A DNA stretch of 64,000 nt from the human T2T-CHM13v2.0 reference genome, Homo sapiens. The notes below the pieces were generated by a model. It ran no database searches. It was not told the origin of the DNA and saw nothing but the letters and a program-made list of their open reading frames with translations. The DNA lies in assembly GCF_009914755.1 (NCBI RefSeq), contig NC_060932.1; one strand, written 5' to 3'. The position numbers and the translations under genes were made by a program. Numbering within the stretch: position 1 is the stretch's first letter; each line of letters opens with the position of its first letter. This document shows positions 15,739 to 29,921 of the stretch, piece by piece.

Positions 15739-16341
15739 CTAAAAATGGAAGGAAACATTTTTTAAAGTAAAATGTAGTAATTTTTTGAACACATAAGAAT
15801 TTGATTTGGGAAACATAGAAGTACAATTCAAGAAGACTTGGTGCTACTTCTTGAGTAGGTCATTTCAGCTTCCACTTTGAGAAAGTCCCTAGTTCAACAG
15901 GTCTCTGCGGCCCTGGAACTGTTACACTCTCTGTGGTTCCTCATCACACTTCCTAACAGCACTCTAACTGTGGGCTTATCTGCATTTCTCCACTACAACA
16001 TAAACTCTTGGAAACCCCACTTTGGTACACAGAACATATTCAACTGATTTAACTTCTTTAGTGAGCTTACTAACTAAAGAGGTTTAGCTTACTAACTAAA
16101 GAAGTTAAAACTAAGTTTCCTGTCCTTCTCACTTGCATATTTATGAATAGGCCAGTTATCACAGATTTTAAGAAACCCCGTAATCACAGCCATGATCACT
16201 GGGCAGGTCTGGTGCCTGGGGTTTTTTTATTCTACTTCACACTTTTACACAAAATCCCAAAATGAAATACGTTAACAACTACTGATAAGAGTTAATAATG
16301 TATCCTAGTTTGTAATGTATTCTTTAGGAAAATTTAGCTTA

Positions 16342-16506
<165 letters not shown>

Positions 16507-19500
16507 CTACTATGTTTGCTATTAAATTGTAAACGGAGTGACTATCTGACACTCAAAAGGCATAATTTCCATAATACCTTTATAGTATTTTTTTTAAGTA
16601 AGAATTTTATCTGGGACAAAATGACAAAAAGCATCTAATCGCGTTTTCTAGAAATATGGTGGCAGGTGACACAAAGAAGAGCTAGAATTGATCATTAATA
16701 TCTCAAAATAAATAATCCAAGGTAGACAATCATAACAGGATGAACATTAAACACACATGACTCAAACAAGGTGTCTGAATTACAAAAGTTTGAGAGAAAC
16801 ATCATCCATAAAGATCAAATTCTATTAGCATCTTGTGTTTACTTAGGAGCCAATATCTATTAAAACGCTCATGTTTCAATTCTACTAGCACAATCTATTA
16901 TGAGTGTTTTGTTAGAGATCTCTTTGGAGAAGTTCAGGAAATTTTTAAACTTACATTATTTACTCAGTTCAAATAAAATTTCCAAAACAAGACTAAAGAA
17001 TATAATGTTTTAGCTCTTTAATTTAATGCTATAAGAACATCTTAATCATCCATGAAAATAAAGGAAAATAAGAAATGGAGAAATATCAACAGATAATTCT
17101 TAAGCCTCTCATCAGTCTAGAGTTTCAACTTCCTGTATAATCAGATCTTTTGCTACAGCTGTTCATAACTGACCGGCATTTCGACTTGTCTCTCTTCCTT
17201 TCAGTAAAAATTACTAACCCATGATGATGATGATAAGGGGACAATGTAGGGAGGGAGAAATTCACAACCTGGACAATCAGTCACAAATCAAGAGTTAACT
17301 ATCTGCAGAGATCAACATCCAACGTGGTAAAAACACTGCAGTCATTAAGAGTCACTATCCAGCACTTTAGAACTAATTACCTTACATCTTTCCCCTGGAC
17401 TTCTCCTTGGAAACATACATATTTCATAAAGTAAAGCTAAGTTATGATTGAAGAGTTACAATACTTTAAAATTTTTTTGATAACTGATGCATGTATTTTA
17501 ATTTCACTACAATAGATGCTGTAAGTCTGTTTTAAAGCAATGATTTCTGGAAGCTGCAATCTCAAATGAGTTATCTGCAGGCAAGAGCAGACTCACTTGG
17601 CAGGACAGAATGCAGGCAACTGCGTTAGTTATGGTTTTTCTAAACAACCGACTTTAAAATTCTATTTATTTTACTTTTAAAATATACAGAGAACAGTGGA
17701 AACTATTTTAACTGTTAACAAAAACTAAATCTACAATAAGAGCACTGGAAAGTTAGTAGACATTCGGACACATAAAAAGGATCAATTTTAATATCTCTTT
17801 GAATCCTTTTTATCCTTTATCTCCTAATAAATATTCCCCCATAACTTATACTTCTTTCTTAGTGTAAAAGCCAACTAACACTTTACTTATATACAAATAA
17901 CTAGTTTACCAATTAGTTCACACAATAATGTAACAACACTAGGACAGATTACAGAGCCAGTTACAGACAAAAACAGTAAGGAAATGTTTAACACATATGA
18001 CTGTGTGTTACAGTCAAACATGACTATAAAACTATGACTGAGTAGATGTGAGATTCTTCCTGCTTTCCCAAAACACTAAAGTTGAATGATTTTTAAATTA
18101 TCTACAGCTTTCTATTATTCACACTGTCATTCTTAATTATGCCATAGATAACAGTTTACAGTAGCCAGGGAGCAGCTAACTGTAGCTTAGTTCGATGAAG
18201 TTTGAGCCAGGTTCCTAAACATATGTGTATGGTAGCCTGTTAGGCCTCTCTAATGGCTCTACCAGAGTTCTAACTTTATTAGTGTCATTCTTTAACAGCT
18301 GGCTTCTCCACTAAGTGCCATGAGGGCAGAAACTGTAACTTTTTTTGGCTCATCATTATATCCACAAGTCTATCTTGCCTGCTTCACTGTAGGCATTCAA
18401 TACATATTTACAAATAAACTGACATTACAAAATATAAATAAAAATTCAACTTAATAATTTAAAAGTGAATAAAAAGTATAAACATCCTTCAATTCCCTCA
18501 AGTATAGATTTAAGTATTAAAATTCTAGAACTTGAACAATGTATTTTGGTTTTGTTTTGAGAACACTGATAAATTTGAGCCCCAATACTTGGTAAGATCA
18601 ATCTTGAACAAAAAAATACAAAACTGTATTATCTAGAAGCTAACCAAATGCTGGCTATGACTCCAACATGGGTTATTCTTAGTAATACCTACATTTGATA
18701 TATGATAGACACATTCATACATAGATAATTGATAACACAGTGATCAAAAAACACTATGTTCTAGAATTTCAAATACCTACATAAGCCTTTTTCTCTTTAC
18801 CAGTGTAATGATGAGAGCAAGAAAGAAAAGACTAGTGATGAATGTGAAGAGATCATTGAAAATCATTACGTCTGAAGCATTACATTCTAGAAGTTTTAAA
18901 GCATTTCTGACACTCTAGTAATTTAATAAACTAGTACAAAAACTGGAAAATAGGAAAGTAACCTGTCAGAGACCTAGGCTAGAGGCATATTGACTGAATA
19001 TAACGATACTACAAATATAAAGTGATCTCCAATTTCTATCATTAAAAAATTAAAATGTTTTGGGTTCGTTTATACAGAAACTTTAAGAGCTACAAATAAT
19101 TATGTTTTATTACACAGTAACTGGTACATATTATGAATCATACATTCTATAAAATGATATTAATCTAGAAATTTTGCTTTTTCCCATTCACATTTTCTAT
19201 TTAAATTCTTTACATGATCTTCAATAAATTTCATCTAACCTACAGTATATCATTTTCACTTCTGTACGAAGATTTTGCAAATACAGAATTTTTCTGAATC
19301 CATGTATAATTCTGGCTCTAGAAACTGTATCCCAAGCCACACATACTTATTTGTTCAATATCTGGACAGCTGTTTATTTCATTAGTCCTGCAGGCATATG
19401 TTCATAATTTCTAGAACCATTTACTATATGGCTTTTTTTTTTTTTTTTTTTTGGTGATCTTGAAAAGGCTAGACTACAGTGACATCCACAATTTGCAAAT

Positions 19501-19589
19501 GTGAGGTTCCATATCCTGAAAAAAATTACTAATACTAGTCATATTTCTTACCTTCGATTTAAATTAACTATGTAAGGTGACTTCTATAA

Positions 19590-20085
19590 GCTTCCTAAAC
19601 TGTCAAACTTTCATTTACTGAGATTATTTCAGGCCAATGTGTCTGTTGGGTCTGAGATTTGATTATCAGCTGGTAAGTTAACCTGTTCCTGTTTCATGGA
19701 TGCTGGCAGAAGACAAACACTCCTGAGTCACAGCAAAGCAAGCAGCATGAGCCCCAGTATGTTTGCTGCAGGTCTCCTCTCTGACCAAGTCCCATAGGGA
19801 AGACGTAGAGGGTACATACAGTGAAAGGTACATACAGTGGTGTGTGTTACAGGAGAGAGGAACACTGAACTTGGGAAACCACCGGTATTATAACAAGCTT
19901 TAAGCAAGCCTACATTTTGTCACAGGAAGGAAACATTACTTCATCCCTCGAGGTTTCTCACTGCAAACATACCCTTGAGAAATGGTCTGTGTAAAGGAGG
20001 GTCAAGGCTTTGCATTCTTGGCCTATTCAGCAAATTGTTTATGAATGCAAGGGACCCATGGAGGACTCCATCTCTCAAGAGTGTC
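19590..20085. mobile_element. Old LTR-like element (family uncertain)
   Basis: Higher-GC block with GATGCTGGCAGAAGAC...ACTCCTG motif resembling ERVL/ERV1 MER LTRs. Confidence 0.35.
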
Positions 20086-21195
20086 TCACTAAAACAATAC
20101 TTGTTGTTTGAAATAATTAATACACCATCCTACAACATGAGAGACTTTGTAAAACTCAAATAAAAGCCAACTCCCCCTCCTTTCTGGGGGATAATCTCCT
20201 TACATTTAGACATACAAATCTCCTCTATTAGAGCACAGATTATTGAAATTAAACACTCCTTTTAAATGTATTCTTCTAAAAATGACTTCATCTACTTTAC
20301 TACTTTGATGACAGTCAAGGAAAATGAGATATTGCAAATCATTTCATGTACATGAAGTTATAACTGTCATATCCTGTTTCTTGGTAACAGTGCAAAGATG
20401 TAGACATAGCTGTACTAAATAGGACTGTATATTTTATTGGAAAAAATATTATAGTATGCCTCCTAATTTAAATCCAGGACTAGCAGTCATGCTTTTTTGG
20501 AACATTAGAGGTACTTATGTAATCAAAGGCGTCACCACAATTTATTTCATATCCTTTTCGTAACCCATTCCTTCTACTAATGTTTATAAATTGAATCTTT
20601 TTTCTGTTAATTGAGTACTCAGACAAATAAGCCTTCAACAAGCACATCAAAATGGATCCAGATAGGTATAGGACTCTATTAAGGCAAATAACTAAATATA
20701 TTTAAAAATTGTATTATCAATTGCCATCATCGAATATGGGTTAATAGGATAAATAACCTGTCCCAGTTAACACCGAATTAGGAGGGATTCAACAATCTTA
20801 TGGTAGGGATGTTGTATAGTCGTCATGTACATTGATACAATCAAAAATTGAATCTAGAAAAAAATTATGTTGAACTTGGTCAAAAACAACCTTAGGTTAA
20901 ACACAACTGACAATGTGAACAAAAAGAGGAATCAACGACTAATTCTAAAAACTCCAAGACCATGAAATATATCTACTAGTAGTGAAAACTTATCAGACTC
21001 CTCTATCCTCAAGTATAATCTAGAATTAAGAATAGCTCACTATTTGCAGCTAGAGTCATTATTTACAAGATTTATGTACTTCCTCAGGGAGGTTCCTCAA
21101 GAGGCTTCAGGGAAAAATGTGATTCTGTTAAAATACTATGCAAGTTTGTAGTTATGTCGGTGAAGTTTCTTGAGGTGAGATCAGTGCTTTCAACT

Positions 21196-21453
<258 letters not shown>

Positions 21454-21466
21454 CTGCTTTCATATT

Positions 21467-21934
21467 TGCAGGAGTTCAGTCAGGGTGGTGGGAAAAAATG
21501 TAGAAAGATGCAAACCTTGGAAGGCCAAAAGGTTTTACATCAGTTTCGGAACAGGATTTGGCTGAAAGCAGCCAGATTCTTTTATACGGTGCCTGAAAGC
21601 TTAGGTTAGATAACGGGATGTTAAGAAACTGATCTAGATAAGTTACTTAGCTCGGAACCTGGCCTTTAATCATTCGTAGGACTGCTCTCTCCTGGGAGGG
21701 GAACCATGTTAATTATCCACAAGTGTGTTGACTCAAAGCCTTTGCCATTATATCTATACTGAATAAATGACCACAGCAACAGCTAGTCGGGACCGCGGCT
21801 GCTAACTCTTTACAGCACCCTCCTCAGTGTCTGTGGGTGGCCCAGCCCCCTAGCTCACTCTTTCACTGGATACCTGTGTTTGAGTGCATTTGTTCATCTG
21901 TCGCTGGGTCAGGGTCTGCGGGTCAGACCTGGCA
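21467..21934 (+). mobile_element. Solo ERV LTR, LTR22 (HML-5, ERVK)-like
   Basis: TG...CA termini, 6-bp TSD CATATT/CATACT, AATAAA at 21762-21767; 5' GTTCAGTCAGGGTGGTGGGAAAA resembles LTR22. Confidence 0.75.
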
Positions 21935-22234
21935 CATACTGAGGGGTCTTGGACTCAAAAAATTTTAAGAATCTTCTATTTTAAAATCTGAGTATATTTT
22001 TCCAGAGTCCAAATATATCACATTACCTGCCAACTGGAGTATAAATACAAAAAAACTTCCCAGATAAAAATTATAAACAAAGAGGAAAACCTGATTTTTT
22101 ATTACTTTTAAAAGCAGACAGCTGTTATCCGGTATAAACAGTCCCTAAAAAACTAACATTAAGCCAAATAGCTTATAGCAGCTCAAAACACATTAAAATT
22201 AGCAATAAAATTCCTAACTGGCATAACATTTAAA

Positions 22235-22935
22235 ATTTTTTTTTTAATGTTACTTTAAGTTCTGGGATACATGTGCAGAACATGCAGATTTGTTACATAG
22301 GTATCCATGTGCCATGGTGGTCTGCTGCACCTATCAACCTGTCATCCAGGTTTTAAGACCCACATGCATTAGGTATTTGTCCTAATGCTCTCCCTCCCCT
22401 TGTCCCCCACCCCCAAACAGGCCCCGGTATGTGATGTTCCCCTCCCTGTGGCCACGTGTTCTCATTGTTCCACTCCCACTTATGAGTGAGAACATACGGT
22501 GTTTGGTTTTCTGTTCCTGTGTTAGTTTGCTGAGAATGATGGTTTCCAGCTTCATCCATGTCCCTGCAAACGACATGAACTCATTCTCTTTTATGGCTGC
22601 ATAGTATTCCATGGTGTATATGTGCATAGGTATGGACATATACCCAGTCTATCATTGATGGGCATTTGGGTTGGTTCCAAGTCTTTGCTGTTGTTAATAG
22701 TGCTGCAATAAACATATGTGTGCATGTGTCTTTACAGTGGAATGATTTTTAATCCTTTGGGTATATACCCAGTAATGGGATTGCTGGGTCAATTGGTATT
22801 TCTGGTTCTAGATCCTTAAGGAATCACCACACTGTCTTCCATAATGGTTGAACTAATTTACACCCCCACCAACAGTGTAAAAGCCTTATTTCTCCACAGC
22901 CTCGCCAGCATCTGTTGTTTCCTGACTTTTTAACT
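22235..22935 (-). mobile_element. L1PA 3' end (5'-truncated)
   Basis: Poly-T plus L1PA 3'UTR; ORF2 C-terminus YTMEYYAAIK..EFMSFAGTWMKLETIILSKL in the ORF track. Confidence 0.95.
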
Positions 22936-23360
22936 CAGCTAGGTAGGTATTACTCTCAATTTTGCAATGAGTAACTGGAGCTCAGAAAAACTAAGCTCCA
23001 TTCCCAAAGCTATGGTGCTGTTAATATTCTGGACTATGTGGCTTGCAAAGAGGGCTGCTGCACCACACAATTCCAGAGCTAACTGTGGCGTGATGCCTGG
23101 AACTGACATATGTGCTCTTCTGACCATGAGGTTACCTCAGTGCCATTTACTGTCTTTCCATTTTTTTCTTTAAATATTAGCACATATTTAACATTTGTTT
23201 CAGAGATACAGAATAACCAACAAAGAAATTTGGGGAACTCTTTCTTTACAAACTAACAAAAAACCTTCCATTAATAATACCGAACTATAACACAGCAACT
23301 ATTACATCCTGAAACAAGCATTAAAGAGGGAATTAACTTAAATAAAAATCAATGCTATCA

Positions 23361-23504
<144 letters not shown>

Positions 23505-24158
23505 CTACAATGAAGAAAACATGTGAATATATATATTCACATGCTAGCATTTTTTAAAGAAAAGTTTTAAGTTATAAACTACAAAGAGGCTGTTTACATC
23601 CATAAAAAATAATGTTTTCCCTTTCATCTCTCTAAATTTATAAAGAAGCCACAATCTATAAAATAGAAGTCGGTCTTTGGTCACTGCATTATTTTAGAAC
23701 ATAAATCACAGTATAATCACTCAATTATAAGAAGTCACCGATTATAATACTAATTTTTAAAACTGCTTTTTTGGAAAGGGTGGAACAACATAAAATAAAA
23801 TTCAATTTTAAAATGCATTCCACTTTCGAAGACATTAAAATGTTAAAAATATATTTCAGAATTGAGGAAATGTAACATATCTGCTTCAGGGAAGACAATA
23901 TTAGGAGATGAACATGAGCTATTTTTAGACTAATTGTCTTTCAAAAAGATTGTAACTATGCAATAAAGCCTTTTTGAGAAAGTAAATAAAATAATTTTTG
24001 GTAAAAGCACAAAATAAGTACATATAAAGTGGAAAAAAAGAAACTTAAACTCACATGTGAATTAAGCTATAAGCCTCAAATATGATACATCCAAAAAATA
24101 TGACAAACATTAGAAAATGCTACAGTGGGCAATGAAAATAAGATTCAGAATAATATAA

Positions 24159-24460
<302 letters not shown>

Positions 24461-24702
24461 TGAATATGCTTTCAATAACACAGGGTATTTTATTGTCTAA
24501 ATAGGGGCAAGCAGATTTAGATTGTCTCTCAAGAATGGAACCTGAAAGATACCACTTTCCAATGTGAAAGAAATAAACTAGCATGAACCAGTAATGTGCA
24601 AATCAACACTGTATTGGGTAAACTCTAATACATGTGACTTGGGAAATTAATTGGTCCATGCCTCAGTTTACACTTCAGAAAATAAAAGTTGAACTGAACG
24701 CT

Positions 24703-24732
24703 TTTTTTGTTGTTGTTGTTGTTGTTGTTTTT
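24703..24732. repeat. (TTG)n microsatellite
   Basis: ttgttgttgttgttgttgttg run. Confidence 0.9.
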
Positions 24733-25908
24733 AAGTAGCTAATAGTAAGAATAAATGGTCTTTAAATTCCTTTTTGGCTCTAACATTCAATGATTTAAAA
24801 AATATAAGCTAACTGTACTTTCAGAAAATTTACCAAAAAAAAAAATATAACAACAAGGTTTTCTATTTTGGCATATGAATGACCAGGAATTTTTTTTAAC
24901 AAATTACTCTGTAAACCACGTTGGTGTGTGTAATGGAGCAATTCACAAGGTGGTCATCAGCATCCCACTCGCTGGAAGTGTCCAGGTCTGTCACAGATGT
25001 AGTAAAATATCTCTCAAGACAATTTAACTACCTTTGATTGTATTTCACACCAACCAAGCTAGTGTATGATTACTTACTCTATTTCTTAAGTAATATCTTA
25101 AAGAGGACTGTGCTAGGGCCCACACTTAAATATTCTGGTAAAGGTGCATCCCTACTGAAAACCATAAATGGACACTTTGATTTGTAAATCTACTATTTGT
25201 AAGTTTATATGCATATATTAGTACTCTGGAGGCTAATCACACTGCTGAATTTATAAAATCAATTTCATAAATGTGCAAAAATAAAAAAACCCTTGATTAC
25301 AGACAACCCCACCAAAGTACAAGTTGAGTTCCAGCTGAGCGGCAAGCCTTTCTCCACGATAACTCTTTAGCTATAAAACATAATTCTAGTTTAATTATAT
25401 TAAATACTAAAGGATTTTTAATAAAGGAATCTAAGTATTTGTGGCTTTTTACTATAGATATTAACCTAAAAGGATCCCACAAATCTATAGGTCAACCTGT
25501 TTAAAAGGAGATGAATCACCTGGAGATTGGAGAAAGACAACTTGATAGAAAGACATGAGATGCAAACTTTGAAGACTGGCAGTTAATCTCTAGTTGCGTT
25601 GCTTTAAGACTGAAAACACAAAGTATGCACTGTCATAACCTTCTCGGTGGAAGGACAACAGAATCGCTTTTTAAAATGCTAAACAAAATCTGAAATATAA
25701 TTTTAGTTGCTTTTGGCTTGTCTCAGATAATAAACAGGTTATATGAAAAGCCACTCAAGCCTAAATGGTATACAAAGGGATGGAGTGGGTATATATAAAT
25801 CTACAACTAACAGTTCTGATAGTTTTAAAGTAATTAAAAAAAAATCTGTGTATAGTGGGTAAGCTTAAATTCAAATAACTTATTTTTAACATAAGAACAA
25901 GACATTCA

Positions 25909-26091
<183 letters not shown>

Positions 26092-26555
26092 TTAAATAAA
26101 GTCATAGTATCAGAGTTGCAGAGATGGCAATTTTTAGTACTTTAAAACTTTAAGCTCACATCATATACTGTTATTGTAACTTTTATTTATTGTTACCCTT
26201 TGTAACCTATGAAATTATCAGTTCCTCATCATTAAGCTTTGTAACCTAGAAAATTATCAAATCCTAAGTCTTGAGTCCAAATGAAGAAAAAACAATGACC
26301 AAAAGTTAACATTATACCTTCACCAATGAGGAATCGAAGAAATGTAACTTCCCATGAAGTCCCTCAGGGCCCACTCAAACTCTCATCACCGTGATGTACA
26401 AAATGCACTCACCACCCATGGCACAGAGTCCAATACTGTGCTAAGCAGGAACTAAATTATACTGTTTTAAATTCATTAATCAGAAATATCATTTTCCTTT
26501 AGGATTTGGCTGAAACAAAGCTGTCCATTTTAAAATCAATTTTAAAATGTCTTAC

Positions 26556-26704
26556 CTGAATTTACTTCCAAACACTCCAAAAGTAATACCATCCCCCGAC
26601 TTCAAAGTTCGGGAAAAGCCATTCTGCATTTTTTCCTCATTAACAAAGGTACCATACTTAGAATTATCTTTTAATGTCAATACAGGGATTTCATCTGTTT
26701 GACT
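26556..26704 (-). CDS. NBN: Nibrin exon 3 (149 nt)
   Basis: TTTCAG|AGTCAA ... TTCAG|GTAAG; [29 protein letters not shown]... Confidence 0.98.
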
Positions 26705-27133
26705 CTGAAAAGTTAGCAAATAATTTAAAGTCTTTTACCACTCAGTACATTCACTTCTCAGAGAAAAAGTTTTCAAAAGAAAAGACAATAGGCAGGTGGC
26801 TAACCTCCCAACACGGCAGACAACAATTACTGCTTCGGTTGCCTTGAGAGGAAGATCACTCAACTAACAATTCATATTTCCCCTTAGGGAAGTTTCTTAA
26901 CCCAGGAATACCCCTCCTAGAACACACATGTTCTTTATTTGTGTAAGTCAGTGGGGATTCTCCTGACCCCTCACACACATTTGAGAATTTTTTGCTTTGG
27001 TGCAGTCTGTTTCATTTAAAACATGACAATTTCATTCCTAGATCTTTTTTTGTTTGTTTTACAGTATCAAAACCACATTGTAAAAATTAGTCCCATGAGA
27101 ATACGAGGTTATAGGCTAGTGTTTCTGACTTAC

Positions 27134-27183
27134 AGTAACAATTTTACTTTTTCTGTAGAAATTTCCAAAATGTTTTTCTATAC
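27134..27183 (-). other. NBN: NBN 50-nt alternative (poison) cassette exon in intron 2
   Basis: Pyrimidine tract TTTTGTTTCTGTTCTTTTAG, exactly 50 nt, then donor ACT|GTAAGT; reads GTA TAG in frame. Matches my recollection of a 50-bp intron-2 insertion transcript. Confidence 0.8.
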
Positions 27184-27560
27184 CTAAAAGAACAGAAACA
27201 AAACCTAAATAAAACTGAAGAAATTCATATCGCATATATGCAATCTTTGATTAAAATAATGGCTCATCTTTCTTATTACCACCAGCGTTATCATGAGTAC
27301 AGATATTCCTATGTATTTTTTTTAGCACTTTTATCACCCAAGGTTATGATCAAAACAAACTGAAAGCCATTTAAAGGAGCTGTGGGGCATAAGTAAGCAT
27401 TTCCCTAATAAAACAAATCAATTCCCATTGCAAAAACTTGTATTATATGAGAAATGCCCGTTTCCACACAGCTACATAACCTCTTTAAGAGCCAGAGTCA
27501 TGAAGGTCTGTTCATTGTTCTATTCGCAGGGTTGGCACAGTTACTGACACATAAAAACAC

Positions 27561-27608
27561 ATTACTGCTAATGGCAAAAACAGCAATTACTTTTGCACCA
27601 AACTAATA
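27561..27608 (-). mobile_element. Half MADE1 (Hsmar1 mariner TIR)
   Basis: Reverse complement TATTAGTTTGGTGCAAAAGTAATTGCTGTTTTTGCCATTA. Confidence 0.8.
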
Positions 27609-27893
27609 GTAAACAATAAATGTTTAGTAAGCAAATAAAAATAACTATGTCCTACTTCCTCTGAGTTTCTAACTAAAACAAAGAGTAAATTACTGAAATA
27701 GAAACTTCAAATCTCAAAATGAACAAATACCACTGGTACCACTGCCACAATATAAGTATTTAATTTTGTTAACATTAAAAAAGTCTACACAGCTCTATAA
27801 AATGACAAATCCTGTGAACTCTCTCTCACATACAAACCAAGAGAATATTTTGTGATTTCAACCCCCTTACTGGAAACTAGTGAAATAAAATTA

Positions 27894-28169
<276 letters not shown>

Positions 28170-28431
28170 TTAGTCAACTTTACATATGTCAAACTTGTGT
28201 TTTCAGTAAAGCCTCACTGAAGGCTATCAAAGGTTATCTAACTATGGTGTTTCAGGAGTAACAACAACAAAATTTAAAATACAATAAAAAAGAGAAAAAG
28301 AAAAAAAGGTTATCTAAACAGATAGAAGGCTACATCATTTTTCTAAAGGGAAAGCAATGCTGAAAGGAGTCAATGTTCCCTCAAATTAACTTAAAAACTT
28401 AATGTATTACCTAGCAACAATCACAATATTA

Positions 28432-28791
<360 letters not shown>

Positions 28792-29474
28792 TTAAAGATA
28801 ACATCTCCAATCAGTGGGAAAGGGTTATCAGTTTCTTTTAAAATTGCTGTAAATCATAAGTTGTTGGAGTAACAGTATATATATTGGAGACATGCGGAGT
28901 TGAGTCTGGGAGCATAATTTCATTACCCGAGTGGCAGGGAGATTAGGGCAGATAAAGAGTAGGGAGTCCAGAAGAGCCAGGTCTCCAGGGACGCCTTGAC
29001 CTGTGAGTCTTCACAGTATAAAATTTATTTAGTTTGGCGCTCTCCATACTCTCTTACCCTGCCAGTCCATTTAGTCTCTACATAGATCTTTGCCAATCAT
29101 CATGTAAACTTCCCGAGGACAAGACCCTTCACACCCACCACGGGCAACCAATTAACATGTGATCACATTTCACACCGCTGGAAATGAATGGGAAAAAATC
29201 GACTTTTCCCATTGTTCTGATGACATTGTGGAAAAGGAGTCTGAAACAAAACTGAAAGTAAGCCTTTTCGTGGTAGTCATTTCCCCAAACTGTCCAGTAG
29301 TTCTTCACAAGTCATGTGTGGCCCCCGTGTGGTCCGCCCATGCTAACTTCCTGCCGGGGGTTCCCACTAGGCGCCTGCTGCCGCTTACCCGCAGGCCATC
29401 CAGCCCTAGCGCTGCAACGGCGCGGGGGTGAGGCTGGGAGGGAGGGGGAGTCAGGGGAGGGGCGCGGAGGACTG

Positions 29475-29488
29475 CCACCAGGGGGCGC
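29475..29488 (+). promoter_or_regulatory. CTCF consensus core motif
   Basis: CCACCAGGGGGCGC matches the canonical core. Confidence 0.65.
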
Positions 29489-29705
29489 CGCAATCACCCC
29501 ACCGCCCGCGCTGAATTCCAGCTCACAGCCGCCGTGCTGCCCGGGAAGAATATGCGCTTGCCATACAGCGTACTCGCCGCTTCTGCGACCGCTTCCGCAG
29601 CGTCCCCGGGCAGGAACGGACGCGACGCAGGAATCACCCGCAGGCCCTCCCCCGAGGCAGTCGCTACCGGGAAAATAGGCCCCGAGGCTTCCCTTCTGCC
29701 CTTAC

Positions 29706-29742
29706 CTCCTGCCGGGCCCGCGGCGGGCAGCAGTTTCCACAT
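29706..29742 (-). CDS. NBN: Nibrin exon 1 coding part (37 nt)
   Basis: ATG at 29742 encodes MWKLLPAAGPAG; donor G|GTAAG at 29705; lies in a CpG island. Confidence 0.98.
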
Positions 29743-29794
29743 CGGTCCGGCTCCTCAGGGCTGGGGCCGACGTGCAACCGCGTAACCGGGGCTG

Positions 29795-29830
29795 CTAGAC
29801 GAGCGCGGATACGGCGCCTGCGGTCGGCAT
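29795..29830 (-). other. uORF in NBN 5' leader (MPTAGAVSALV*)
   Basis: ATG at 29830 and TAG at 29797-29795, ending 52 nt before the main ATG. Confidence 0.6.
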
Positions 29831-29907
29831 GGGCTCCGGGACGTGCGCGCTCCCGGGAGCCACGCAGGCTGCCTTGGATGAGGCGGGAGTGCGACTTGGG
29901 CGCTTGC

Positions 29908-29921
29908 CCGCCACCTGGTGG
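29908..29921 (-). promoter_or_regulatory. CTCF-like motif
   Basis: Reverse complement is CCACCAGGTGGCGG. Confidence 0.55.

Noticed and set aside
22353-22639. ORF with YTMEYYAAIK
   Set aside because: C-terminal fragment of L1 ORF2 in a truncated L1PA.
27561-27608. miR-548-family hairpin
   Set aside because: Only one MADE1 arm is present, so the long stem cannot form.
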